Both the position numbers and the translations under genes were made by a program. The notes beneath the pieces are model-generated. The model was not told the origin of the DNA and did not search any database. It saw only the letters and a list, made by a program, of their open reading frames with translations. DNA of 25,060 nt from the NCBI GenBank assembly GCA_018399935.1, contig JAGYNP010000010.1, forward strand, positions 1 to 25,060, written 5' to 3'. Origin of the DNA: Candidatus Moraniibacteriota bacterium (lineage in GTDB: Bacteria > Patescibacteriota > Minisyncoccia > Moranbacterales > DUUL01). Positions within the stretch are counted from its first letter, which is position 1. Every line of letters starts with the position of its first letter. Shown piece after piece: positions 8,213-16,711 of this stretch.

Positions 8213-10378
8213 ATGAAAAATCAAAAAAAGAAAAAAGATAATCAGCCAATAAAAAAGAAAAAGCAGACTAGAAAATTAATTGAAAAAATAATCAAACGTG
8301 ATGGTTCTATAGTCAATTTTGAAAAAAATAAAATTAAAGAAGCTGTTTATAAAGCATTTAGAGAGGTTGGAGAAGGAAGTTTAAAGGCAGCTGAAAAAGT
8401 TACTAAAAAAGCGGTTCAAATTTTAAATAAAAATACTAAAGCTGGATACATTCCTAATATTGAAGAAGTTCAGGATACTATTGAAAAAGTTTTAATGGTA
8501 TTAGATTTTGAAAAAACTGCTAAAGCCTATATTATTTATCGAGATAAACGTACTAAAATGAGAAGTACGGAAGAGTCTTTGGAAGATGCGGTGGATTTAG
8601 TCGATCAATATCTAGGTGAGATTGATTGGCAAGTCAAGGAGAATTCTAACATGGCTTATTCTTTGCAAGGTTTGAATAATTATATTTCCTCAATTGTTAG
8701 TGGTAAATATTGGGTGGAAAGAGTTTATCCAAAATCTATTAAAAAAGCTCATGAAGAAGGGGACTTGCATATTCATGATCTAGATAAAATAGCGGCTTAT
8801 TGTTGTGGTTGGGATCTACAAGATTTAATGACTCAGGGATTTACTGGTGTTTCAGGTAAAATTTCTTGTAAGCCAGCTAAACATTTAAGACCAGCTTTGG
8901 GTCAATTAGTAAATTTCTTTTATACGACACAGGGAGAAACGGCTGGTGCTCAGGCGGTAGCTAATTTTGATACTTTGTTGGCTCCTTTCGTAAGATATGA
9001 TGGATTGGATTATAAGGCTGTTAAACAGGCTATTCAAGAATTTGTTTTTAATTTAAATGTTCCAACTAGAGTCGGTTTTCAAACTCCTTTTACTAATATT
9101 ACTATGGATTTAAATTGTCCTAAGATGTTTAAAGATCAAAATGTGATTGTTGGTGGAAAAGCTCAAAAAGAAACTTATGGAGATTTTCAAGAGGAAATGA
9201 ATATGATTAATCAAGCTTTTGCGGAAGTTATGAGTGAAGGAGATGCAACTGGTAGAGTTTTTACTTTTCCAATTCCAACCTATAATATTACCAAGGATTT
9301 TAATTGGGATGATAAGAAATTGGACAAAGTTTGGCAAATGACTGCTAAATATGGAATTCCATATTTTGCTAATTTTGTTAATTCCGATATGGATCCAGAA
9401 GATGCTAGATCGATGTGTTGTCGTTTGAGATTAGATAATAGGGAATTGCACAAGAGAATGGGTGGTTTGTTCGGAGCAGCTCCTTTAACTGGATCAATTG
9501 GTGTGGTTACTATTAATTTACCAAGAATTGGTTATTTAGCTAAAAATAAAAAAGATTTTTTGAAGCGATTGGATAAATTAATGAAAGTAGCCAAAGAGAG
9601 TTTAGAGATTAAAAGAAAAAGTATTGAAAATTTTACTCAAGGAGGTCTTTATCCTTACTCTAAATTTTATTTAAAGGATATCTTCAAAAGAAGAGGCTCT
9701 TATTGGGGAAATCATTTTTCTACTATCGGAATAATTGGAATGAATGAATCTTTATTGAATTTAATAGGAAAAGATATTACTTCTAAAAAAGGAGTTAAAT
9801 TGGCAGAAGAAATTTTGGTGCATATAAGAGAACAAATGGTTGAATTTCAGAAAGAAACAGGTTCTTTGTACAATTTAGAAGCTACTCCAGCTGAGGGTAC
9901 TAGCTATCGATTAGCACTTAAAGATAAAAAAAGATTTCCTAAAATAATTTTTGCTAATCATGATTCCGATAAAAAGCAATCAGCTCCTTATTATACTAAT
10001 TCTTCTCAATTGCCAGTTGGTTTTTCTGAAGATGCTTATGAGGCAATGGACTTGCAAGATCAATTGCAAACTAAATATACTGGAGGCACGGTTTTTCATA
10101 CTTTTTTAGGTGAAAAAATTCAAGATATAGAAACAGTAAAATCTTTTGTGAGGAAAATAGCCAATGAATATGAAATGCCTTATTTTACTATCTCTCCAAC
10201 TTTTAGTATTTGTCCAATTCATGGTTATCTAAGTGGGGAACATAAGCAATGTCCAAAATGTTTAATTGAACAGTCTTGCGAAGTTTATTCTAGAGTAGTT
10301 GGTTATATTAGACCAGTACAACAATGGAATGTTGGCAAGACGGCAGAATTCGAAGATCGAAAAGAATTTAAAGTTTAA
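8213..10378 (+). CDS. nrdD: Anaerobic (class III) ribonucleoside-triphosphate reductase with N-terminal ATP-cone
   Basis: ATP-cone IIKRDGS.V.F...KI..A; HIHDL; YCCGW; RSMCCRL; YNLEATPAEG; YTGGTVFH; Zn site CPIH...CPKC; glycyl-radical motif YSRVVGY (Gly697). Confidence 0.98.
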   Translation: MKNQKKKKDNQPIKKKKQTRKLIEKIIKRDGSIVNFEKNKIKEAVYKAFREVGEGSLKAAEKVTKKAVQILNKNTKAGYIPNIEEVQDTIEKVLMVLDFEKTAKAYIIYRDKRTKMRSTEESLEDAVDLVDQYLGEIDWQVKENSNMAYSLQGLNNYISSIVSGKYWVERVYPKSIKKAHEEGDLHIHDLDKIAAYCCGWDLQDLMTQGFTGVSGKISCKPAKHLRPALGQLVNFFYTTQGETAGAQAVANFDTLLAPFVRYDGLDYKAVKQAIQEFVFNLNVPTRVGFQTPFTNITMDLNCPKMFKDQNVIVGGKAQKETYGDFQEEMNMINQAFAEVMSEGDATGRVFTFPIPTYNITKDFNWDDKKLDKVWQMTAKYGIPYFANFVNSDMDPEDARSMCCRLRLDNRELHKRMGGLFGAAPLTGSIGVVTINLPRIGYLAKNKKDFLKRLDKLMKVAKESLEIKRKSIENFTQGGLYPYSKFYLKDIFKRRGSYWGNHFSTIGIIGMNESLLNLIGKDITSKKGVKLAEEILVHIREQMVEFQKETGSLYNLEATPAEGTSYRLALKDKKRFPKIIFANHDSDKKQSAPYYTNSSQLPVGFSEDAYEAMDLQDQLQTKYTGGTVFHTFLGEKIQDIETVKSFVRKIANEYEMPYFTISPTFSICPIHGYLSGEHKQCPKCLIEQSCEVYSRVVGYIRPVQQWNVGKTAEFEDRKEFKV

Positions 10379-10447
10379 ACTACTGGAGGTAGTTTATAGA
10401 AAACTATAAAAGTCGAAAACTAAAAATTAAAATAAAAATTAAAATAA

Positions 10448-10496
10448 ACCCAGTTAGATAACATTTCAAGCTTCGCTTAAAATGTATCTAACGGGT
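10448..10496. other. Intercistronic hairpin between nrdD and the small glycyl-radical-domain gene
   Basis: ACCCAGTTAGATAACATTT / AAATGTATCTAACGGGT, about 17 bp with two single-base bulges. Confidence 0.7.
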
Positions 10497-10505
10497 CAAG
10501 TAAAA

Positions 10506-10748
10506 ATGAAAAAATCTATACCAAAAGGAGTAAAATGTGAAGATTGTGGGAAAGAAATAAAAGTTGGAGATGAGAATGTCGGATATTGGAAAGAAGAAAA
10601 TGTTTATAGGTGCGGAGAATGTACTCAAGCCTTTTTTAAAACGGAAGTCTATTCTAGGTCAGTTGGTTATATTCGTCCCGTCCAGCAATGGAACACTGGA
10701 AAGACAGCAGAATTTAAAGATAGAAAAATGTTTAAAGTTAGAGTATAA
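10506..10748 (+). CDS. Small stand-alone NrdD C-terminal glycyl-radical-domain protein with its own Zn ribbon (80 aa)
   Basis: CEDC-x21-CGEC, then EVYSRSVGYIRPVQQWNTGKTAEFKDRKMFKV, nearly identical in protein to the NrdD C-terminus. Start 10506 is preferred because ATG 10482 lies inside a hairpin. Confidence 0.85.
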   Translation: MKKSIPKGVKCEDCGKEIKVGDENVGYWKEENVYRCGECTQAFFKTEVYSRSVGYIRPVQQWNTGKTAEFKDRKMFKVRV

Positions 10749-10749
10749 A

Positions 10750-10850
10750 ATGGAAGTCTATTCTAGGTCAGTCGGTTATATTTATCCTGTTTAACAATGG
10801 AATATTGAAAAGTAACTGAGTTTAAAGATAGAGTAAATTTTGAGGTTTAG
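10750..10850 (+). pseudogene. Decayed third copy of the glycyl-radical motif region
   Basis: MEVYSRSVGYIYPV*QWNIEK, then a 1-nt deletion, then TEFKDRVNFEV*. Has an in-frame TAA at 10792-10794 and a frameshift near 10812. Confidence 0.8.
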
Positions 10851-10879
10851 TTAGATGGATGTTTATGAATTGAGTTTTT

Positions 10880-10913
10880 AAAACCCCGATACTTGTTTCA
10901 AGTCGGGGTTTTT
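10880..10913. terminator. Bidirectional intrinsic terminator
   Basis: AAAACCCCGA(TA)CTTG-TTT-CAAGTCGGGGTTTTT between the convergent nrd operon and the 10918 ORF. Confidence 0.88.
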
Positions 10914-10917
10914 GTGT

Positions 10918-11313
10918 CTATATTTCACAGTTAAATTTAGGTTGATTTAGAAATTTTATCACTCTTTTAGATAAGGACAATGAGAAACTTGTATAAAAAT
11001 GATCAAAAAAATTAACTTCTTGGTAAATATTTTTTATTGAAATTAAAAAAATTGTATAAAAAAGAAGAAATTCTTTCAAATCAAGATTAATTTTTCTATT
11101 TTCTTTGTCAATAACCACCAAATCAACTGAATTAAAAATTTTTTTGACTTCTTTAATTTTAATTGTTTTATTTTTTTTAATTAAATAGGGAGTAGAAAAA
11201 TTAATATCAAAAATATTATTATTAATAACAATTTTTCCAAAAAAATCTTCTTTTAATCCTATTCTATTTAAATTAATTTTAAAAAAAACTTCTTGAAATT
11301 CTGAATTTTTCAT
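10918..11313 (-). CDS. Hypothetical protein (131 aa)
   Basis: ORF with upstream AAGGA RBS-like site, ending at the terminator; no family recognised. Confidence 0.55.
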   Translation of the reverse strand: MKNSEFQEVFFKINLNRIGLKEDFFGKIVINNNIFDINFSTPYLIKKNKTIKIKEVKKIFNSVDLVVIDKENRKINLDLKEFLLFYTIFLISIKNIYQEVNFFDHFYTSFSLSLSKRVIKFLNQPKFNCEI

Positions 11314-11471
11314 AAAGAGCTTCCTTTATTGTTTTAAATAAAAAAAATGTACTTTACTATTATTAAAATAAATAAAAAAAATTAGTTTTCTAAAACTAAA
11401 CACAAGAAAACATACCAATAAATTTTCCCATTTACTTTTATTAATAAGTAGAAAGAAAAATTGTTTGGTTA

Positions 11472-12299
11472 TTATTGTTTTTGATTTAAATCAAAATTGT
11501 TTAAAATCAGATAAGCAATAAAGTTTACAAAAAAGAAAATGCAAGCTATTCCTATCATAAAAGTTATCAGTTCAGGAGTATTAAGCAGTTTTGAAATAAT
11601 TTGAATAAGGATAGTCATGGGTAGAATTGAAATAAGAAATAAGGATGAGCTTACATTTTTATTTGATTTTAATCCAAAATAAATGTAAGGAAAAAAACAA
11701 AAAGTTCCAATTAAACATAATAACATAATGATTAAAGTGTTCGAAAAAAATAAAAAATAAAATTTTGATAATGCTATCTTAGGAATTATTAATCCGAAAA
11801 GGATAATTTCCCAATATAGAATAATAAAGAAAAAGATTAAGTGCTTGTGGTTTTTTTCTTTATTTTTAATTTGATGAATTAAACTAATAGTAAACAAACA
11901 AAAAATAACGATAAATAATAAAATGGTTATTATCCAACTTATAACAGACGGTTTAAATAAAAATTTTTTCACTTTAGTACTCCAGGTAGCATTAGAGTAG
12001 TTAGCGAATAAACTATAAGTTTCATTGGTAATTTTAATTGGAAGACTCCATTTCAATTTTTTATGTTTTATTTTTTTGATAAGGATTTTTCTTTCATTTT
12101 CTTTAATTATCTTTAAAATCTTAGAGGAGTCTAGGTTTTTATTTAAAAGATAATTAGGAAGAGAATGGAAAGCTATTTGTTCGTAAATTATCAAACCTTT
12201 TTTCTTTGGGTTTATTTCTGTTTTAATATTCTTTCCAAAAACAGAATTAACAGATACTGAAAGTAGTATTATTATCAAAAAACCATAAATTTTTTTCAT
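11472..12299 (-). CDS. Hypothetical multi-pass membrane protein
   Basis: AAGGAG RBS, signal-peptide-like N-terminus, soluble region, then about 5 hydrophobic segments. Confidence 0.75.
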   Translation of the reverse strand: MKKIYGFLIIILLSVSVNSVFGKNIKTEINPKKKGLIIYEQIAFHSLPNYLLNKNLDSSKILKIIKENERKILIKKIKHKKLKWSLPIKITNETYSLFANYSNATWSTKVKKFLFKPSVISWIITILLFIVIFCLFTISLIHQIKNKEKNHKHLIFFFIILYWEIILFGLIIPKIALSKFYFLFFSNTLIIMLLCLIGTFCFFPYIYFGLKSNKNVSSSLFLISILPMTILIQIISKLLNTPELITFMIGIACIFFFVNFIAYLILNNFDLNQKQ

Positions 12300-12611
12300 T
12301 TATGCATTCTCCTTTTCTTATGTGAATTTTCAAGTTACTTCTTTTGAAAAATTAAATTTAGCATATTAATAGGGTTTCGTCTATAATAAAAAACTATTTT
12401 AAACTTTATTTTAAATGTGTTAAAATGCTTTTAAGGGTCGTTTAATTAGAAAAATTGCATATCTATTAAAATATTTAAAGTTGAAATTCGAAGATTATTT
12501 TTAGTTTTCACTAGTTTTTTTGTCTGTTGGCAGGCAATATTTGAAATTTAAAAGTTTTATTTGGATGTGAGGTATTAAACAGTTTTTTGGGTAAAGTTTA
12601 CTCTAGGTTTG

Positions 12612-12706
12612 TTGTTTGTAAATAGTTCCATGGGGATTTTTTTCAAACAATAAATTAATTAAGGATTGGTTTTGATTTTAAAAGCAGTCCCTTAAAAATT
12701 AATTTA
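12612..12706 (+). promoter_or_regulatory. Two stem-loops in the rnc leader (candidate autoregulatory RNase III site)
   Basis: Hairpin 12612-12650 (TTGTTTG/CAAACAA with inner pairing) and a roughly 22-bp interrupted hairpin at 12651-12706 ending 5 nt before the ATG. Confidence 0.5.
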
Positions 12707-12711
12707 TATTT

Positions 12712-13407
12712 ATGGAAAAACAAAGATTGAAGGAGTTGGCTAAGAGTCTCAATTTGTCTTTTAATGATTTTAAATATCTACAGGAGGCATTGACTCATCG
12801 GTCTTATTTAAATGAAAATCGGCAATATCAATTGTCTCATAATGAAAGATTAGAATTTTTGGGTGATGCAGTTTTAGAACTTTCAGTAACTAGGTATCTT
12901 TTTGAAAATTTTGAAAATCCTGAAGGAGATTTGACTAGTTGGAGAGCTTCATTGGTTAATGGTGAGATGTTGGCTATAATAGCTAAAGAGATTAAACTAG
13001 ATGATTTTTTATTGATGTCTAGAGGTGAGAAGAAGGACACTGGCAAAGCTAGAAATTATATTTTAGCCAATGCCATGGAAGCTTTGATTGGGGCTATCTA
13101 TTTGGATCAAGGTTTCAAAAAAGCTGATGAGTTTATTAATAAATATATTGTAGTTAAATTGCCTAAAATTCTTAAGAATAAAAGTTATTTAGATCCCAAG
13201 AGTTATTTTCAAGAAAAAGCTCAAGAAATTGTTCAGATTACTCCTCATTATGAATTAGTTAAAGAATGGGGACCGGATCATGATAAGAATTTTCGAGTAG
13301 CGGTTTTTTTGAAAGAGAAAAAAGTAGCCGAAGGTGAGGGTGAGTCAAAACAAGAAGCTCAGAGGAATGCGGCGGAGAAGGGGTTAGAAGCAAAAGGGTG
13401 GAAATAA
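12712..13407 (+). CDS. rnc: Ribonuclease III
   Basis: ALTHRSY, NERLEFLGDAVL signature, EALIGAIYLD, and C-terminal dsRBD (DPKS..QE, GPDH.K.F, G.G.SKQEAQ..AA). Confidence 0.99.
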   Translation: MEKQRLKELAKSLNLSFNDFKYLQEALTHRSYLNENRQYQLSHNERLEFLGDAVLELSVTRYLFENFENPEGDLTSWRASLVNGEMLAIIAKEIKLDDFLLMSRGEKKDTGKARNYILANAMEALIGAIYLDQGFKKADEFINKYIVVKLPKILKNKSYLDPKSYFQEKAQEIVQITPHYELVKEWGPDHDKNFRVAVFLKEKKVAEGEGESKQEAQRNAAEKGLEAKGWK

Positions 13408-13524
13408 TATTGAGAAAGATTCTCATATTGGGGTATTTCTTTATTTGGAATTGATATTGATTATAATTCTTATTTTTGCCATTTGCTTGTTGTATTATCT
13501 AAGAGGTCTCGCTTAGTTGAATTG

Positions 13525-13545
13525 AACTTTTAACTTTTAACTTTT
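13525..13545. repeat. AACTTTT x3 tandem heptamer
   Basis: Three exact copies immediately upstream of the smc start. Confidence 0.85.
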
Positions 13546-13557
13546 GAATTAACTTTA

Positions 13558-15792
13558 GTGTTTTTACAAAAAATCGAAATTAGCGGGTTTAAATCCTTTG
13601 CTAAAAAAACAATTTTAGACTTTTCTGGAAAAGGTGACTCCAAAAACGGAGTCACTTGTGTGGTGGGACCAAATGGTAGTGGTAAGTCTAATGTTTCAGA
13701 TGCTTTACGTTGGGTGATTGGAGAAAAATCGATTAAAAATCTTCGAGGAAATAAAAAAGAAGATGTTATCTTTGCGGGTTCTTCTTCTAAAGCCAAGCTG
13801 GGATGTGCACAGGTCTCAGTTTTTTTTGATAATTCCAATAAACAATTTGATATAGACTATAATCAGGTTGTTATAACTAGAAAAGTTTATCGAGATGGCG
13901 AAAATAATTACTTGATAAATAATAGCAAAGTTAAATTGTTTGATTTAATTAGTCTTCTTTCTCAGGCTGGAATTGGTCATGGAAATTACACTATTGTTAA
14001 TCAGGGGATGACTGATAAAATTTTACTTTCCAGTCCTTTAGAGAGGATGAGTTTTTTAGAGGATGCGGCTGGAGTAAAGGATATTCAGTTAAAGAAAATC
14101 AAAAGTTTGCGAAGAATGAAAAAAACTAAAGAAAATATTAAGAAGATTGAGTCTTTAATGAGGGAAATAGAACCAGAATTGAGAGTTTTGAAAATTCAAG
14201 CTCGAAAAATAGAAAAAAGCCAAAAAATTCGAAAAAAATTATTTGAAAAAAGAAAAGAATATTTTGCGGTCAAATTAAATGGTATTGAAAAAAGTCAGAA
14301 AAAAAATGATTTGGAATTGAAAAAAATTGAAAATCAAATATTAATTAATCAAGAATTGATTAATAAATTGCAATTTGATTTAGAAAAAACTAGCAACGAT
14401 TGTATTAACAAACAAAATAAAAAGATTGAAGAAATTGAAAAAGAAAAAAGGGATTTGGAAAATAATAGATATGAGCTAGAGCGGATTGGTTTTAAAAAAG
14501 AAATTGAGTTGAAATCTTTAGTAGAGAAAATCAAAGAATTAGACAAAGAAGAAGTTGTTTTAGTGGATAGAACTTATATTTTATCTAAATTGGAAAGTTT
14601 TAAAGAAGAGTTAAGTAAATTAGAAGGAAAACCAGTTGGTAAGAAAATAATTTCAAGAATCAGAAATCTTTTAGTGGAAATTCAGGCAGGAAAAACAGTC
14701 AAAAAGAAAGCTGGCAAGGAGGTTGATGCTAAAAAGAAGGTTTTGAGAAAAGATTTAGAAAAATTAAAAAAAGAGGCTGAAGTCAATGCTGATGAAATAG
14801 GAAATTGTAAAAAATTAATTATTAAAAAAAATCAACAAATTCAAAAAATTAATCAAGAAAACAGAAAAAAACAGGAGTCTCATTTGGAAATAAAAGACAA
14901 GATTAGAAGAGAACAATTTGAAATTGAAAAAGCTGATAAATATAAAAAGCATTTAAAATTAGAGCAAAACAAATTAAAACAAGGGCAGAAGGATATTCTA
15001 GAAGATATTAAAAATAATTTTAATGGAAAAATTGATGATCTCCGGAAAATTTTTAGTAACAAAAATTTGGATGATTTGAAAATGGAAATTGAGAAATTCA
15101 ATTGGCAATTGGAGCAGGTCAAAGAGATTGATAATTCAGTTGTTGAGGAATCTCGGGAACTTCAGGAAAAGTATGATTTTTTGAAAAAAGAATCAAAAGA
15201 TTTAAAATTAACCTTAAGAGAATTGGAGGAAATAATAATTGAAATGGAAAAAACTATTAAAATTAAAATGAAAAAAGCTTTTCAAGCTATAGGTAAAGAA
15301 TTTTCTGATTATTTTAAACTAATGTTTCAAGGAGGTTCAGCTGAACTAGAAAGAATCAAAATTAATTCACTAGTTGGCGAGAATAAAAATATTTTTGAAG
15401 ATGACGATTTAGATAAGGAAAATGAGAAAGAATTCAATTATGGTTTGGAAATAAAAGTTAATCCACCAGGTAAAAAAATTAATAATTTGAACATGCTATC
15501 CGGAGGAGAAAGAACTTTAACTTCAATTGCCTTATTATTTGCTTTGATTTCTTATAATCCACCACCTTTTGCTTTTTTAGATGAAATTGAAGCCAATTTA
15601 GACGAATCAAATGCTAATAAGTTTAGTCGGATCTTAAAAAAGCTCTCTAATAAAACTCAATTTATTTTGGCTACCCATAGCCGGGAAGTGATGAGAATTG
15701 CTGATATTCTTTATGGAATTACAATGGATAAAGATAGTTATTCAAAAGTTTTTTCAGTTAGATTGGAACAAGTAAAACAAGGGTGGGTATAA
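13558..15792 (+). CDS. smc: SMC-family ATPase, short (744 aa), no recognisable hinge
   Basis: GTG start; L..IEISGFKSF, Walker A GPNGSGKSN, Q-loop VNQG, coiled coils, PPGKK, signature LSGGE, Walker B LDEIEANLD; rnc-smc synteny. Confidence 0.9.
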   Translation: MFLQKIEISGFKSFAKKTILDFSGKGDSKNGVTCVVGPNGSGKSNVSDALRWVIGEKSIKNLRGNKKEDVIFAGSSSKAKLGCAQVSVFFDNSNKQFDIDYNQVVITRKVYRDGENNYLINNSKVKLFDLISLLSQAGIGHGNYTIVNQGMTDKILLSSPLERMSFLEDAAGVKDIQLKKIKSLRRMKKTKENIKKIESLMREIEPELRVLKIQARKIEKSQKIRKKLFEKRKEYFAVKLNGIEKSQKKNDLELKKIENQILINQELINKLQFDLEKTSNDCINKQNKKIEEIEKEKRDLENNRYELERIGFKKEIELKSLVEKIKELDKEEVVLVDRTYILSKLESFKEELSKLEGKPVGKKIISRIRNLLVEIQAGKTVKKKAGKEVDAKKKVLRKDLEKLKKEAEVNADEIGNCKKLIIKKNQQIQKINQENRKKQESHLEIKDKIRREQFEIEKADKYKKHLKLEQNKLKQGQKDILEDIKNNFNGKIDDLRKIFSNKNLDDLKMEIEKFNWQLEQVKEIDNSVVEESRELQEKYDFLKKESKDLKLTLRELEEIIIEMEKTIKIKMKKAFQAIGKEFSDYFKLMFQGGSAELERIKINSLVGENKNIFEDDDLDKENEKEFNYGLEIKVNPPGKKINNLNMLSGGERTLTSIALLFALISYNPPPFAFLDEIEANLDESNANKFSRILKKLSNKTQFILATHSREVMRIADILYGITMDKDSYSKVFSVRLEQVKQGWV

Positions 15793-15881
15793 GGAAAAAA
15801 TATTTTTGTGATTTAAACAGTTAACACTCAATTATTGATTATTAAATGGGTGCTGAATATTAAATGTTAAATTTGAATATT

Positions 15882-16565
15882 ATGAAATTTTATATAGTTG
15901 CTACTCCAATTGGTAATTTGGAAGACATTACCTATCGGGCAGTCAAAATTTTAAAATCAGCTGATTTTATTTTATGCGAAGACACCAGAAAAACTAAAGT
16001 GTTGTTGGATAAATATAAAATAAAAAAGTCCCTGAAAGCTTATCATCAGCAAACCCACCCTAATCAAATCCAGAAAATTTTGAGTCAAATGAGCGAGGTT
16101 GAGCAAGTAGCCTTGGTGACTGATGCTGGAACTCCAGGGATTTCTGATCCAGGAAATATTTTAGTAGAAAAGGCTTTGAAATTTTTTGGTGATAAAATAA
16201 AAATTATTCCAATTCCTGGGGTTAACGCAGTGAGTACTTTGATTTCTGTTGCGGGAATCAACACCACTAAGTTTACTTTTCTGGGTTTTCCTCCTAACAA
16301 AAAAGGCCGGGAAAAATTTTTTCGAGAAGTTTTAGTATATAATCATCCAGTTTTATATTATGAATCCCCTTATCGATTAATGAAAAATCTAACTCTTATT
16401 GAAGAATTACAAGAAGAACTAGGAGTTTCTAAAGAGATTGTTTTGGGAAGAGAATTAACTAAAATGTTTGAAGAAATTGTTCGTGGAGAATTTGGAGAAG
16501 TTAAAAAATATTATGAAGAAAATAAGAGCAAAGTTAAAGGAGAGATAGTAGTGTTAATTTATTAA
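15882..16565 (+). CDS. rsmI: 16S rRNA (cytidine-1402-2'-O)-methyltransferase
   Basis: YIVATPIGNLEDIT.RA, CEDTR, DAGTPGISDPG, IPG, YESPYR, RELTK.FEE, KGEIV. Start 15882 preferred over 15864. Confidence 0.97.
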   Translation: MKFYIVATPIGNLEDITYRAVKILKSADFILCEDTRKTKVLLDKYKIKKSLKAYHQQTHPNQIQKILSQMSEVEQVALVTDAGTPGISDPGNILVEKALKFFGDKIKIIPIPGVNAVSTLISVAGINTTKFTFLGFPPNKKGREKFFREVLVYNHPVLYYESPYRLMKNLTLIEELQEELGVSKEIVLGRELTKMFEEIVRGEFGEVKKYYEENKSKVKGEIVVLIY

Positions 16566-16711
16566 CACAATAACCAAAATCAAATGCCCAATTTCAGGTG
16601 CAGTGATAGTGGTTGAAAGCATATCTAGAAAAATTTTGATTTGAAAAATGAGGTTAATTGTGCAATAATGTAAACGGAGGTATTTTCTTTGAAAATAATA
16701 AGGGGGGTTTT

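Noticed and set aside
10564-10794. 76-aa ORF ending in MEVYSRSVGYIYPV
   Set aside because: An off-frame overlap of the small glycyl-radical gene; only its last 14 codons belong to the decayed third copy.
10792-10794. Stop-codon recoding to rescue the third copy
   Set aside because: The stop is TAA, which terminates most genes here, and a frameshift follows anyway. All core genes are intact under the standard code.
10280-10850. Three similar repeats as a diversity-generating retroelement (TR/VR) or CRISPR array
   Set aside because: Differences between copies 1 and 2 are mostly synonymous and not adenine-specific; no reverse transcriptase or cas gene is in the window; the repeats are protein-coding with no repeat-spacer pattern.
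13558-15792. Assignment of the SMC-like gene as SbcC/Rad50 or a Wadjet/Lamassu defence ATPase
   Set aside because: No CxxC hook and no sbcD or jet/lmu partners nearby; the head motifs and rnc linkage fit housekeeping Smc.
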